Part shown: one piece after another, positions 40,106-51,172 of the stretch
How positions within the stretch are numbered: position 1 is the stretch's first letter
Layout: each line of letters starts with the position of its first letter
NCBI GenBank assembly: GCA_963666215.2
Contig: CAXWPL010000001.1
Location: forward strand, 32,001-96,000
DNA from: Acidobacteriota bacterium
Lineage (GTDB): Bacteria > Acidobacteriota > UBA890 > WLXD01
Direction: 5' to 3'
DNA length: 64,000 bases
Program-made: the position numbers and the translations under genes
Notes under the pieces: generated by a model
What the model saw: only the letters and a program-made list of their open reading frames with translations
Database searches by the model: none
What the model was told of the DNA's origin: nothing

Positions 40106-40764
40106 GTCCGCGCCCCGCGCATCTTCGCAGCAACCGCGTCGGTAGCCTGGAAGATCTTTGCATAGGTCCCGCAGCGGCAGATGTTGCCGTCGAGAGCCTT
40201 CTGAATTTGCTCGTGTGGCGGGCTCGAGTTGTTCTGCAGGAGCGTGGTAACCGCGATCACCATCCCGGGCGTACAGAAGCCGCACATGGTGGCGTCGTGC
40301 TCTATGAAGGCCTCTTGAACCGAGCTCAAGCTCTCCGGCGTGCCAAGGCCTTCGATGGTCGTGATTGCCGCTCCCTGCGCTTCGACGGCGAGCACTGAGC
40401 AGCCGTAGATCATCTCGCCGTCGAGCAGCATCGAGCAGGCACCACACGTGGCGCGATCACAAACACGCTTGTTGCCGGTCAAATCGACATACTCGTTGTC
40501 CGGCGTCTTTCCCTGGCGCAGCGCGTCGAGCAGCGTTTCGCGCGGCTCGACGTTCATCTCGATGGTCTCACCGTTGACGTTGAGCGTGACAGGGACCGCT
40601 CCAGGACCATCGACGCGCCCGAGGTTGGGGTCGACGGTTTGCTCGGCTGCCAACGCTTGTGACGCCAGGAGCGTGGTTCCGATGCCACCGGCCCCGACAC
40701 CCTTGATGAACGATCGCCGAGAGACCTCTGGGCGAGGCTCGGCGCCCGGTTTGCGTTTACTCAT
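40102..40764 (-). CDS. (2Fe-2S) subunit of a xanthine dehydrogenase/aldehyde oxidoreductase family enzyme with Tat signal
   Basis: SRRSFIK Tat motif; CDRATCGAC, CGFCTPG, GNICRCG. Confidence 0.93.
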   Translation of the reverse strand: MSKRKPGAEPRPEVSRRSFIKGVGAGGIGTTLLASQALAAEQTVDPNLGRVDGPGAVPVTLNVNGETIEMNVEPRETLLDALRQGKTPDNEYVDLTGNKRVCDRATCGACSMLLDGEMIYGCSVLAVEAQGAAITTIEGLGTPESLSSVQEAFIEHDATMCGFCTPGMVIAVTTLLQNNSSPPHEQIQKALDGNICRCGTYAKIFQATDAVAAKMRGART

Positions 40765-40963
40765 TCAGTAGCTCCGAACGGGCCGAGTTACTGGCCCTGC
40801 GAGGGCGTGACGGCGTTCACCGTCAACAAATTCCATGCCGGCGGCCACAGACCTACACCATCAGGCCAACACCTGACAAGTGTGCGGGAGTACTTTCGTT
40901 CGCCGAGAGGCGTTCCGAGCGCCCCGAATCCCTCAGCCCGGCCTTACAGCAAACCCAGCCCTG

Positions 40964-43642
40964 CTACGCGTGAGCCGGAAGCAAACGGATGCTGGCGCCC
41001 GGCGCATTGCGCTCGAAAGTCGAGATCAGGTGCCGATGGCAGGTGAAGGCCAAGATCTGATGGCCGTCGGCGGCGTAGTCGGCCAGGAGTCGCGTGGTGG
41101 ATCGTGCGCGGTCGTCGTCGAAGTTCACCAGGATGTCGTCGGCGACGAGTGGCAGGGCCACTGCACGTGCGCCGTACACCTTGGCGAGTGCCAGCCGCAG
41201 GGCCAGGTAGAGCTGCTCGCGGGTGCCACGCGAAAGATCGGCCGGACACAGTCTTTCACCGCTCACGGCGCGCTCGATCTCGAGCCGGTCTTCTCCCAAG
41301 GGTGCGATCACGCGCAAGTAGCGGCGGTCGGTCATGGTCTCCAGATAGTCGCTGGCGAACCGCAACACTTCCGGTTGGCGCTCCGATTCGTAGGTGTTCT
41401 TCGCCTGCTCGTACAACGACACGGCGAGGGCCCGCACCGCCCACTCTTCGACCTGGCTGGTTAGCGTCGAACGTCGCGCTTCTCGCCGCTGGAGATGAGT
41501 CGTCAACTCTGCGTCGTTTTCGAGGCCGCGAATTTGCTCGCGCAACGCCCCGAGACTCTCGTTCACCGCGTCGCGGTCGGCTCGAGCCGAATCGAGCTCT
41601 CCCTTGGCGGCACCAACCGCTCGTTCGCGGCTGTCGGGATCGGTAGCCTCGAGGCGCGCACGCAGCGCCTCGGCCCCGTCGTCGCCGGCGAGCGCGCGCA
41701 AGGCCGCGATCGCCTGAGAGTGCTCGTCGAGTCCTTTGCGGATGCGCTCGCGGTAGTCCTCGGCGCTGTCGAACTCCGCATGCAAGGCTTCGATGGTGCT
41801 CAGCAGCGGGTCGACCATCTTGAGGGGGTTGTAGGTGAGCTCCAGGTGCGACCTGCCGAGATCGTTGAGCAGGGTGAGCACGTTCATGCACGATTGCTGC
41901 AGCTCGGCGAGCGCCGCGTTGACCGAGTCTTCCGCGGCGTCGGCTCTGCCATCTTTGGCCTGCAGGGCGCATACGCGCGCCAGCAGATCGAGTGCCCCGC
42001 CGAAGGTCAGGTCGTGGGGCAGCGCCTCGGCCGCGAGCCAGCGCTGCCAGTCGGCCTCGAGGCGCTCCTCGTGGATCTTCGCGTCTTCGTGGCGCTGCCA
42101 GTGCTCGGCCTCGCGCTGCGAAGCGACCTGTCGCTCGGTGCGGCCTCGCACCAGGCCACGGAAGTGCAGCCAGGTGATGACGGCTCCAATCACCAAGCCG
42201 ACGACCGAGACACTCGCGGTGCTCGCGAGACGAGCCTGCTCGGGCACCAGCACCGCGCTCAATACGACCCCGGCGCCGATGAGCATCCAGGAGGCGAGCA
42301 TGCTGCCGCGAGAGATCTGCTCGGCGTTCTGGACCATGGCGGCGTAGATCGAGTGTGACTCCTCGGCACGCTCGCGGCTACCGTCGATCTCGACGGTCGC
42401 GCGGGCCCGAGCATCGGCCTGCGCGCGAATCTCGTCACGAGCCGTGACGTCGGTGCGGATGCGGCGCGCGCGTTCCAGCGACCAGCCCTCGCCGAAGCCC
42501 TCGAGCTCACCGAATAGCCCCTTCCGCAGAGCGCGGGCGTGTTCGCGTCGGGCAACCGCCGTGGCGTGCAGTTCGCCCAGTCGCTCGCCGCTCGCCGCCA
42601 ATCCACGGATGCGGTTCGATTCGGACAGCAGCCGTCGTTGGGCGCTCGACATCAGCTCGCCAGCCAGGGTGCGCCCATCCGGGGCCACCGCCGACCCGTC
42701 GGTTGCGAGGGCTGTCGCCACTGCTGTCGACGAGGCCGTCGGGGCAGGGGCCTGCGCGGTGGCTCTTGCTGGCAACGAAGCCGGTGTGACCGTGGCGGTG
42801 GCGACCGCTGTGCGAGAGCTTCGCCCGGCTTCGGCGAGCGCGGTGGCCGGGATGCCGAGCGTCTCCAGTCCGGTTTCCGCTCGAAGGAGCACGCTGTAGT
42901 GACTCCAGGCGCGTCGGTCGCGACGGGCTTCGTCGTATCGGGCGCGTCTCTGCTCGAGACGCTGGTCGTGCTGTTCGAGCCGACGCTCCAGCGCCAGGCG
43001 GCGACGATGAAGCTCGGCGTGCTCCTCCGGCCGCTGCGAGAGCATCTCGATGCTCTCTCCGTCGGCCTCGATCTCGTTCAATAGGCGGCAGACCGGCTGA
43101 CGCTTGCCCCTGGGGCGATAGATCGCGGCCATCTCGGCGCGCAACTTGGCGTGGAAAGCCACTGGATTGACCGTGCCACCGCTCATGCCGGCGCTGTATA
43201 TATGGCCCGCGACATCTTCGGCCTGCAGCGTGTCGAGCGCCTGCAGCTCGTCGAGGCCGAAGGCGAACACGTGCTCGTACAAGGTCTCTGTTGTGCCGTG
43301 CAGCAGGCTGTCGAGCTTCGTCGCCGGCAGCTCCTTGCCGTCGGCCGCTACTACGCTCACGTCTCCTCGCGAGGTCACGCCCTCTCGGCGCTCGACGCGA
43401 TAATGCGCGCCCTCGTTACTGAGCTCGATGTAGCCGCCGTGAGTACCGCCTCGGAGCGGCTCATAGCGACACGCGTGGCCGCGGCGCTTGAAACCGAACA
43501 GCAGCGCCCTGATGAACGCCATGAGGGTGGACTTGCCGCCCTCGTTCGGGGCCGCCAGGACGTTCAGCCCAGGACTCAGATTGTCGAGCGTCAGGTCGCG
43601 CCAAATGCCGAAGCCGTCGACGTGGATTCGCTTGAAGATCAT
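40964..43642 (-). CDS. YhaN-like SMC/AAA ATPase
   Basis: NEGGKSTL Walker A, coiled coils, central TM hairpin, LSRGTREQLYLALRLA, DDILVNFD, FTCH. Confidence 0.9.
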   Translation of the reverse strand: MIFKRIHVDGFGIWRDLTLDNLSPGLNVLAAPNEGGKSTLMAFIRALLFGFKRRGHACRYEPLRGGTHGGYIELSNEGAHYRVERREGVTSRGDVSVVAADGKELPATKLDSLLHGTTETLYEHVFAFGLDELQALDTLQAEDVAGHIYSAGMSGGTVNPVAFHAKLRAEMAAIYRPRGKRQPVCRLLNEIEADGESIEMLSQRPEEHAELHRRRLALERRLEQHDQRLEQRRARYDEARRDRRAWSHYSVLLRAETGLETLGIPATALAEAGRSSRTAVATATVTPASLPARATAQAPAPTASSTAVATALATDGSAVAPDGRTLAGELMSSAQRRLLSESNRIRGLAASGERLGELHATAVARREHARALRKGLFGELEGFGEGWSLERARRIRTDVTARDEIRAQADARARATVEIDGSRERAEESHSIYAAMVQNAEQISRGSMLASWMLIGAGVVLSAVLVPEQARLASTASVSVVGLVIGAVITWLHFRGLVRGRTERQVASQREAEHWQRHEDAKIHEERLEADWQRWLAAEALPHDLTFGGALDLLARVCALQAKDGRADAAEDSVNAALAELQQSCMNVLTLLNDLGRSHLELTYNPLKMVDPLLSTIEALHAEFDSAEDYRERIRKGLDEHSQAIAALRALAGDDGAEALRARLEATDPDSRERAVGAAKGELDSARADRDAVNESLGALREQIRGLENDAELTTHLQRREARRSTLTSQVEEWAVRALAVSLYEQAKNTYESERQPEVLRFASDYLETMTDRRYLRVIAPLGEDRLEIERAVSGERLCPADLSRGTREQLYLALRLALAKVYGARAVALPLVADDILVNFDDDRARSTTRLLADYAADGHQILAFTCHRHLISTFERNAPGASIRLLPAHA

Positions 43643-45129
43643 TGCTCGGGCACCTCGGCGAGCGGCGCCCGCTCGTCGTGCGCTGAGTTGCCGGGGCCAG
43701 CTTCGGCGGTCGCCGGTTTCAGATCGAGGGCGTGGTGCGTTGGCTCGGCGGTCGAGTGGAGCTCGTGCGGGGCCAACCGCTCGACCACCAGTGCTTGGGA
43801 GCGGCTGATCAAGTGATCCCAGTCCAGCGAGCTCCAAGGGTCTTCGCCGAGTGCACGATGGAGTCGCGCGTGGTCGAGGAGCTCGCCGAGCTCGGCGCCA
43901 ACCGAACGCACCAGGGAAGCCCGTGGGGGAGTCTCCGGCGATTCAGCCCCGCCGCTGTCCGTGGTTGCCGTTGCCGCGGCCGCCGCGGATCGGGCCGTTC
44001 CCATGCCTCCTGACGGAGCCCGACCGCGCAGTGTCTCGCCCAGCCGCAGCATATCGCCGAGATAATCCTGCTGCTCGAGCATGTGCTTGATGTCGGGCAC
44101 CGGCGATGTCGCCAGCTCGAGGCGCTCGAGCCACACGGGGCTGCCCTCCGACGGTTGCCCTTGCTGAGCCCGCAATGTTTCGCAGAGCTGGTCGATCGCC
44201 CCCGGTCGTGACAGCTCCGCATGCAGTGGGCCGTAGCCTTCGAGACGCCACCGAATGAGGTGGATCCGGTTCGGGTTCAGCCCCCTCAGCGCCCCCGCGA
44301 TCTCGGCGAACGAGCCCTGTAGCTCGTCGATCGATTCGACATCGTCGATTGCCGTCGGTATGCGATGCCAGCGAGCGACGTCGGTCCAGACCGGCGTCAG
44401 TTCAACGGTGCCGGCCTCCGAAACCGAAACCAAGGTGGCGCCACGGGCGCCAGTTTCCTTTGTGTGCAGCGCCTGCGGGTTGCCGGGATAGTGAATCGTG
44501 GGCCTGGCCGCACGGATGGTTTCTCGTGCGTGGACATGCCCCAGCGCCCAATAATCGAACCCGCTTTTCTCGAGCTGTGCGACGGTGCACGGCGAGTACG
44601 GTCCACCCCCGGGCTCGTGGCCGATATTTGCGTGCAACACAGCGATATTGAACGGGCCAACCGGAGCATCGGGGAACTCGGCCGCGAGGTTGCGGTGCAC
44701 TGCCGAGGCCGGGTAAGAAACGCCATAGACGTGCGCTACAACCTTGCCGTCATGGCGCACGATGTGGCGCTCGACGCGCTCGCCGAACAGGTGTGTCGAC
44801 TCGGGCAGGTTGATGCTGGAGCGAAAGCTGCCGAGCGGGTCGTGGTTGCCTCCGGCAATGAACGACGGGATGTCGGCAGTGTGGAGGCGCACGAGCTGGT
44901 CGCGCAGTTGCGACTGGGCGTAGAGATTGCGCTCGGTGCCGTCGAACAGGTCGCCTGCAACGAAAACGGCGGCTACGCAGCGATCGATCGCAACGTCGAT
45001 GATGCGCTCGAACGCCGCTGCGGGGGCGTTGCGAAGGCGCTCGCGGATGGCGTCCGGCACGGGTCCCAGGCCGCGTACAGGCGCACCAAGGTGGACGTCG
45101 GCACAGTGCAGGAAGCTGAAGGCCGGCAT
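43639..45129 (-). CDS. YhaO/Mre11/SbcD-like metallophosphoesterase nuclease
   Basis: ADVHLG, AGDLFD, GNHD, ALGHVH, YPGNPQ. Confidence 0.92.
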   Translation of the reverse strand: MPAFSFLHCADVHLGAPVRGLGPVPDAIRERLRNAPAAAFERIIDVAIDRCVAAVFVAGDLFDGTERNLYAQSQLRDQLVRLHTADIPSFIAGGNHDPLGSFRSSINLPESTHLFGERVERHIVRHDGKVVAHVYGVSYPASAVHRNLAAEFPDAPVGPFNIAVLHANIGHEPGGGPYSPCTVAQLEKSGFDYWALGHVHARETIRAARPTIHYPGNPQALHTKETGARGATLVSVSEAGTVELTPVWTDVARWHRIPTAIDDVESIDELQGSFAEIAGALRGLNPNRIHLIRWRLEGYGPLHAELSRPGAIDQLCETLRAQQGQPSEGSPVWLERLELATSPVPDIKHMLEQQDYLGDMLRLGETLRGRAPSGGMGTARSAAAAATATTDSGGAESPETPPRASLVRSVGAELGELLDHARLHRALGEDPWSSLDWDHLISRSQALVVERLAPHELHSTAEPTHHALDLKPATAEAGPGNSAHDERAPLAEVPEQ

Positions 45130-45365
45130 GATTCCACCCCGTCGTCTCGTAGAAACGGACGCACCCCAAAACCCGGCGTCCGCCCCCAGGCGCCGGTGTC
45201 GTTGCTTTCGATCACTCGACTGAAAGCGGCGAGCGTGCTCTGGGAACTCGCCCGCAACGTCGCCGACATAATAGTCTGAGACGGCCATTCGTACATCTGG
45301 TGCGGGCATCCTTGAACTGGGTGGCCCAGAGATCACGCGGCTCAGCGTCGCCAGTAGGAGCGTCG

Positions 45366-47384
45366 ATGGAACACGCCAGCCACTGTCCGCTCGACTGTCC
45401 CGATGCCTGCAGCCTTCGGGTAGAGGTCGTCGACGACCGCGTCGTTGCTGTCGATGGCACGGAGATCAACCCGCTTACCGAGGGCTACATCTGCGGCAAG
45501 GTGCGACGGCTTCCGGAGCACCTCTACGGCGAGGATCGCCTGCTCTACCCGGCAGTTCGCAGATCGGGTGCTCCCAAAGGCGACGCGAGTCGGGACGCGT
45601 TCGAACGCGTCAGTTGGGACGAGGCTCTGGATCGGATCGCGCGATCGCTGGTTGCCGTCGCCGACGAGCACGGTTCTGAGTCGATCCTGCCCTTCTACTA
45701 TGGCGGTTCCAACGGACTCCTGACGCAAGACACGTCCGATGTGCGCTTCTTCCGTCGGCTGGGCGCATCGAATCTGGCGCGCACGGTCTGCGCCGTGCCC
45801 TCCGGCCTGGCGGCCGGCGGCCTGTACGGCAAAATGCCGGGTGTTGCCTTCGCTGACTACCCGGACGCCGAGCTGATTATCGTGTGGGGCTGCAACCCGG
45901 GCGCCACGGGTATCCATGCTCTGCCCTGGTTGCGTCGCGCGCAGGACGTGGGCGCAAAGGTGGTCGTTGTCGATCCGCGACGGAATCGTTTGGCGCGCAC
46001 CGCCAACATCCACATCGCACCATGGCCGGGAACCGATTTGCCGGTGGCCCTGTCGATGATCGATTGGCTATTCCGCAACGAGCGCGCCGATTTGGAGTTT
46101 CTCGCGGCTCATGCCACGGGTGTAGTCGAGCTCAGGGAACGTGCGGCCCGCTGGCCGACCGAACGTGCCGCCGACGTTGCCGGCCTGCGGCCAGAACAGA
46201 TCGAGAACCTAGCGCGTCTGTACGCCGACGCTCAGCCCGCAATCATCCGCTGCGGCTGGGGGCTCGAACGCAATCGCAACGGCTGCTCGGCAGTGGCCTC
46301 GGTGCTCGCGTTGCCGGCGGTGGCAGGGAAGTTCGGCGTACGCGGCGGCGGCTACACCATGAGCAACTCTCGAGCTTTCGACCTCCGAGCGGAGAAAGCG
46401 GCGGCGGAACCGCCGACCGCGGCGCGCACGATCAACATGAATCGCCTCGGTCAGGTGCTGCTCGAGGAGAGCTCGCCGCGTGTCAACGCGCTGTTCGTCT
46501 ACAACTGCAACCCCGTTGCCACAATGCCCGACCAGCAGCGCGTCATCGCCGGCCTGCAGCGCGAGGATCTGTTCACGGTCGTCTTCGACCAGGTGCACAC
46601 CGACACCGCGCGATACGCCGACATACTGTTGCCCGCAACCTGCTTTGTGGAGCACTCGGAGCTCAGCAGTGGATACGGTGCAATGGTCCTTCAGCACAGC
46701 GGACCCGTTGCTACGGCTGCCGGGGAGGCAAGGTCGAACACCGACGTTTTCCACGAGCTCTGCCAACGAATGGGGCTGGCACGAGAGGGGGACCCGGGGA
46801 CCGCCGCGGAGATGGTTGAGGCCATCCTTTCGAGTAACGGCGGTGCTGCGAGCAACGGGCTCGCGGGCAAGCTCGACCGCGATCTCATCGCCTACCCGAC
46901 GTCGGGCTATGCGCCCATTCAGTTCAAGGACGTCGTGCCGCTCACGGACGACGAGAAGGTGCATCTCGTTCCCGCCGATCTCGACGCCGCGGCGGCCAAC
47001 GGGCTCTACGGGTATCGGGACGATCCGGGTACCGAGGAGTACCCGCTGGCGCTGATCTCTCCAGCTACGCGGCACACGGTCAGCTCAACATTCGGCCAGC
47101 TGCGCAAGCGTCAGGTGCCGCTGCAAATCAATCCGGTCGACGCCCTTGCCCGGTCGCTCGAGGATGGCGACGTGGTGCGCGTCTTCAACGACCTCGGCGA
47201 GATGCGCTGCTATGTCGACGTCACCGAGAACGTGCGGCCGGGCGTTGTGATGCATCCGAAGGGAATGTGGAGTCACAACACGCTCACAGGGACGTCGTCG
47301 AACTCGCTGACGCCGAGCAGCTACACCGACATCGGAGACGGGGCCTGCTTCAACGATGCACGGGTCCAGGTGGAGCGGGGGTAG
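45366..47384 (+). CDS. molybdopterin (bis-MGD) oxidoreductase family protein
   Basis: SD AGGAG; CPLDCPDAC..C 4Fe-4S motif, SWDEAL, TDTARYADILLPA, C-terminal MopB_CT-like domain. Confidence 0.92.
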   Translation: MEHASHCPLDCPDACSLRVEVVDDRVVAVDGTEINPLTEGYICGKVRRLPEHLYGEDRLLYPAVRRSGAPKGDASRDAFERVSWDEALDRIARSLVAVADEHGSESILPFYYGGSNGLLTQDTSDVRFFRRLGASNLARTVCAVPSGLAAGGLYGKMPGVAFADYPDAELIIVWGCNPGATGIHALPWLRRAQDVGAKVVVVDPRRNRLARTANIHIAPWPGTDLPVALSMIDWLFRNERADLEFLAAHATGVVELRERAARWPTERAADVAGLRPEQIENLARLYADAQPAIIRCGWGLERNRNGCSAVASVLALPAVAGKFGVRGGGYTMSNSRAFDLRAEKAAAEPPTAARTINMNRLGQVLLEESSPRVNALFVYNCNPVATMPDQQRVIAGLQREDLFTVVFDQVHTDTARYADILLPATCFVEHSELSSGYGAMVLQHSGPVATAAGEARSNTDVFHELCQRMGLAREGDPGTAAEMVEAILSSNGGAASNGLAGKLDRDLIAYPTSGYAPIQFKDVVPLTDDEKVHLVPADLDAAAANGLYGYRDDPGTEEYPLALISPATRHTVSSTFGQLRKRQVPLQINPVDALARSLEDGDVVRVFNDLGEMRCYVDVTENVRPGVVMHPKGMWSHNTLTGTSSNSLTPSSYTDIGDGACFNDARVQVERG

Positions 47385-47546
47385 CAGACCCGGGCGATCT
47401 GAGCGTCCGCACGGGCGATCACGTGGCCGTGCGGGGGCTCCGGCGGAGCGTCTATAGTACGGGGGCACCCGCACGGGTAGCGGCGCGACCGGGAGAGCGC
47501 TGAGAAGCAGCTTCGCTCCGGATGTTCTGCATGGGATCGTTGAACG

Positions 47547-49763
47547 ATGCCCACCCTCGAGAGTCCCGCTATCCGCGCCGTCCTGCTGGTTGCCCTTTTT
47601 GCCGTGGCTTCGGCGCCGATGGTGCGTACCGACGCGGGGCCCGCAATACGAGCGAGCGCTGTTGCCGCAATCGCTGTTTTGCCGCCGATCGCTCTGCGTC
47701 TGACCGAGCCGGCTGGCGTAAAGCGGTCGTCCGATCCGGTCACCATGGGTGTCCCTTTGCCCTTTCTGGACGGCACCAAGCGCGTCGACGACCTGCGGTT
47801 GTTCAACAGCCAGGGTGACCGCGTTGATGCTCAGCTGACGGTGCTGTCGCGCTGGGGAGGCGCTCTGAACAAGAAGGCGCGGGCGATCAAGTGGGTTCAG
47901 GTTGATTTCCAGGCCGACGTCGCTGCACGGAAGACGCTGAATCTCGAGCTCCGGGCGCGGGCAGGCGCTTCCAAGCAGGGCGGACGGGATCTACTGAGAC
48001 GCGCCGGCGCGGCTGTTCTGGCTAACACGGGTGCACTGAGCTTCCGCGTGGGCGCGAGTGGGTTTCGTCTGCTGGAGAATGTTCAGCTCGACGTCGACGG
48101 CAATGGCGAGCCCGAGACCCTGAGGGTGGCCTCGGGACATACGGGTGGCGTGGAGATCGAGCGCCTCGACGGCACGGTTTTCCGTTCGAGTGCCGACGGG
48201 TCTGTGAAGGTGACGATCGAGCAGAACGGGCCGCTGCACGGGGTGATTCGAGTCGACGGTCGGCACACGTCGAATACCGACAATGGTCGGCAGCTATCGA
48301 ACGGGCGGATGCCGCTGCCCTATCTGGAGTTCACGGCACGGATTCACGTCTATCGCGGCAAGTCCTGGGTGCGCGTCTTCTACAGCGTGAGGAACCCCGA
48401 GCGGTTCCTGACCACCGAGCACAACCAGGGTGGCTCGCGCCTCTAGCACGAGTTCGAGCGATTGAGTCTGGTGCTTCCGGTGATGACCGGCGGCGCGACG
48501 ACGAGGTTCACGCTCGGCGGAGAGACTCCCGCCGGAGTCGAGTATCCGAACAAGGGCGGAGCCGCGACGGGCAACAGGCTGTATTCGGGGCCGTTGCCGG
48601 CGGCGGCCAGCGTTGGCGTGTTTCAGGACAGCAGCGGCGGCCCGAAATGGGGCGAGAGCAACGACGGCGACCGCGGCGTGAGCTTCCGCGGCTTTCGCGT
48701 AGACGGTGCGCCGGGTCGCGGGCTGCAAGCGAGTGGCTGGGCGGATCTGAGCACGACTGCCTGGGGCGTAGCGTTCGGGATGCGGCACTTCTGGCAGAAC
48801 TTCCCCAAGGGTCTCCGGGTCGCCGGCGACGGAACGGTGTCGATCGACCTGTGGCCTGCCGGCTCGCGACAACCGCACCGGCTCGAAGGCGGGCGTCAGA
48901 AGACTCACGAGATTCTGTTCGATTTCCATCGCGGAGCGCATCAAGGTCAGTCTCCTTCTTTCGCGGCGTTCGCAGAGCCACTGCACGGAACCGTTGAACC
49001 GGAGTGGGTCGCGGAGACCCTGGCCCTGGGGCCGATCGCGGCGGCGCAATCGGGAGACTCCTCGACGAAGCGGCTCACCGAGATCGGCGATCGCGTGGTC
49101 AACGGACCCCGCGGCAAGGACCTCTGGGGCGAGCGTCTAGCGGACGACATCTATGGCTGGCGCGACTGGGGCGACAGCTATCGCGCCGGCAACAAGGACG
49201 ATCGTCACTTCGGCAACAACGAGTTCGACTTCGGCTGGTCACTACTGGTCCAGTACCTGCGGCAGGCCAAGCCCGACCGTGCCTTCCTCGACGCCGCGGA
49301 GTCGATACTGCGTCATCTCGTCGATATCGACATCTACCACTCCGGCAAGGATGCCGGCGTTTACTCCCACGGCGTCCGCCAGCACGACAACAGCGACACC
49401 GACCACTCGAATGAGCCCCTGCCGAGCCACTATTGGGTGCGCGGGTTGCTCGCCTGGTATGTGCTCACCGGCGACCGCGCGATGCTGGATGCCGCCGAGG
49501 AGACCGCCCTTTGGCTCGACGCGATGATCGCGGGCAATGGCGAGCTCGACTTCAACAGCCAAACGCGGTCGCAGGCCTGGCCAGCGCTGGCTCTCACGGA
49601 ACTCTGGGAGGTCACTGGCAAGGCCAAGTACTTGACGCTGGCCAAGAAGCTCCTCAAAGCCGAGATCATCAGCGAGCAGAACCTGTCTGGGGCGCGCTAC
49701 CCGTGCGCCGCGCTCGACTGGGAAGGGGACCGTGGCGAGCGTGACAAGGGGAACGCCGCGCCA
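47547..49763 (+). pseudogene. secreted RIFT-barrel/alpha-toroid lyase-like protein (YetA/PcRGLX-like) with in-frame TAG at 48444-48446 and IS256 truncation
   Basis: Signal-like N terminus; PVTMGVP, SRW..IKW..VDF, FWQNFPK, YGWRDWGD, NNEFD, YVLTGD; the ORFs either side of the TAG are in the same frame. Confidence 0.65.
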
Positions 49764-51172
49764 GGGGATGTCACAGGCTCCGTTGAAAAAGGGTGACGGT
49801 GATCCGACCTCGATAGTGTGTCGGGGTCAATCCACTGGCATGGAGGATCACCGTCATGAGCAAGAGTCGCAGAACAGAGACAAGTAGGAAAGCGGAGCGC
49901 CAAGAGAACCCGCTCCTGGAGGCAGTGGTAGCGGCGCGATCGGATCTACGAGCGCTGGTCATGGACGCGGGCTTCGGGGTGTTGGGTTCGCTGCTGGAAG
50001 AAGACCGGGCGGAGCTCTGCGGAGAGCGCTACGCGCGGTCACAGCAGCGGCGGGCGTACCGACACGGCTACGACGAGGGCTCGCTGGTGATGGGCGGCCG
50101 GCGGGTCAAGGTACGCAAGCCGCGGGCTCGGAGCGTCGATGGCCAAGAGCTGCCGCTGCCGCACTGGGAGAGGTTCAAGGCAACAGATCCGCTCGAAGAG
50201 CGCGCCGTAGAGCAGATCCTGTGCGGCGTCACGACGCGCAAGTACGAGCGCTCGTTAGAGCGGCTCGACGACGGGCGAGCTTCGTCGGGAACGAGTCGCT
50301 CGAGTGTGTCGCGGCGGTTCGTAGCGCGTACAGCCAAGCAGGTGCAGCAGTACCTGGCCCAACCGCTCAATGAAGTGGACCTGCCGGTGCTGGTGATCGA
50401 CGGCACGCACATGGGCAAGCACTTGTTGGTGATCGCCATGGGCATCGACGCGGACGGCGTCAAGCATGTGCTGGGTGCCGTAGAGGGCACCACGGAGAGC
50501 TCCCACGTGTGCCGGTCGCTGCTGCGGCAGTTGATCGAGCGCGGCATGCCCGTCGAACGGGCGCGGTTGGTGGTAATCGATGGCTCCAAGGGCCTCCGTA
50601 AAGCAGTGCGCGACACGTTCGGCGAGTGGGCCCTGATCCAGCGCTGCCGTGTCCACAAGATCAAGAATGTATTGGAGCATCTGCCAGGGCATATCCGGCC
50701 CTGGTTCGCAGCCAAGATCCGCAAGGCGTGGAAGGCGGAGACGGCCACGGCAGCGACCAAGCAGCTCGACGCCGTGGCCAAAGAGCTGGAGACCGATCAC
50801 CCCGGTGCAGCGGCCTCGCTCAGAGAAGGAATGCAAGAGACGCTCACCGTCACTCGGCTCCGAGTTCAGGGGCCGCTGCTTCGGACGTTACGTTCAACGA
50901 ATACGATCGAGAACCTGAACGGGACGATCAAACACGTCAGCCGCAACGTAAAGCGGTGGCGCTCCGGGAGCATGATCGTTCGATGGGCGGTTACTGCACT
51001 CATCGAGGCCGAGAGCAAGTTCCGGAGGGTTCGTGGCTACCGCGACATCGCCAAGCTCGATGCCGTACTCAACACCGCCGTCGACGTTCCCCTTGAGCAG
51101 GAGCGCCGTACTGCGTAACAATCCCCAACCACTTCACCGTCGCCTTAGTTCAACGGACGGTGGGACATCCCC
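49764..51172 (+). mobile_element. IS256-family element (1409 bp)
   Basis: 39-bp imperfect terminal inverted repeats GGGGATGTC..TCCGTTGAA..GACGGTGA; no target duplication. Confidence 0.92.
49856..51118 (+). CDS. IS256-family (Mutator-type) transposase
   Basis: SD GGAGG; VIDG, IDGSKGL, QRCRVHK, STNTIENLN. Confidence 0.93.
   Translation: MSKSRRTETSRKAERQENPLLEAVVAARSDLRALVMDAGFGVLGSLLEEDRAELCGERYARSQQRRAYRHGYDEGSLVMGGRRVKVRKPRARSVDGQELPLPHWERFKATDPLEERAVEQILCGVTTRKYERSLERLDDGRASSGTSRSSVSRRFVARTAKQVQQYLAQPLNEVDLPVLVIDGTHMGKHLLVIAMGIDADGVKHVLGAVEGTTESSHVCRSLLRQLIERGMPVERARLVVIDGSKGLRKAVRDTFGEWALIQRCRVHKIKNVLEHLPGHIRPWFAAKIRKAWKAETATAATKQLDAVAKELETDHPGAAASLREGMQETLTVTRLRVQGPLLRTLRSTNTIENLNGTIKHVSRNVKRWRSGSMIVRWAVTALIEAESKFRRVRGYRDIAKLDAVLNTAVDVPLEQERRTA

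Noticed and set aside
40964-45129. Novel nuclease-ATPase defence system
   Set aside because: Matches the widespread YhaO/YhaN (SbcD/SbcC-like) pair, including the central TM hairpin; no extra partner genes
45366-47384. Selenoprotein Mo-enzyme, given selA nearby
   Set aside because: The ORF is uninterrupted and has Cys (RTVC) at the likely ligand position; no in-frame TGA
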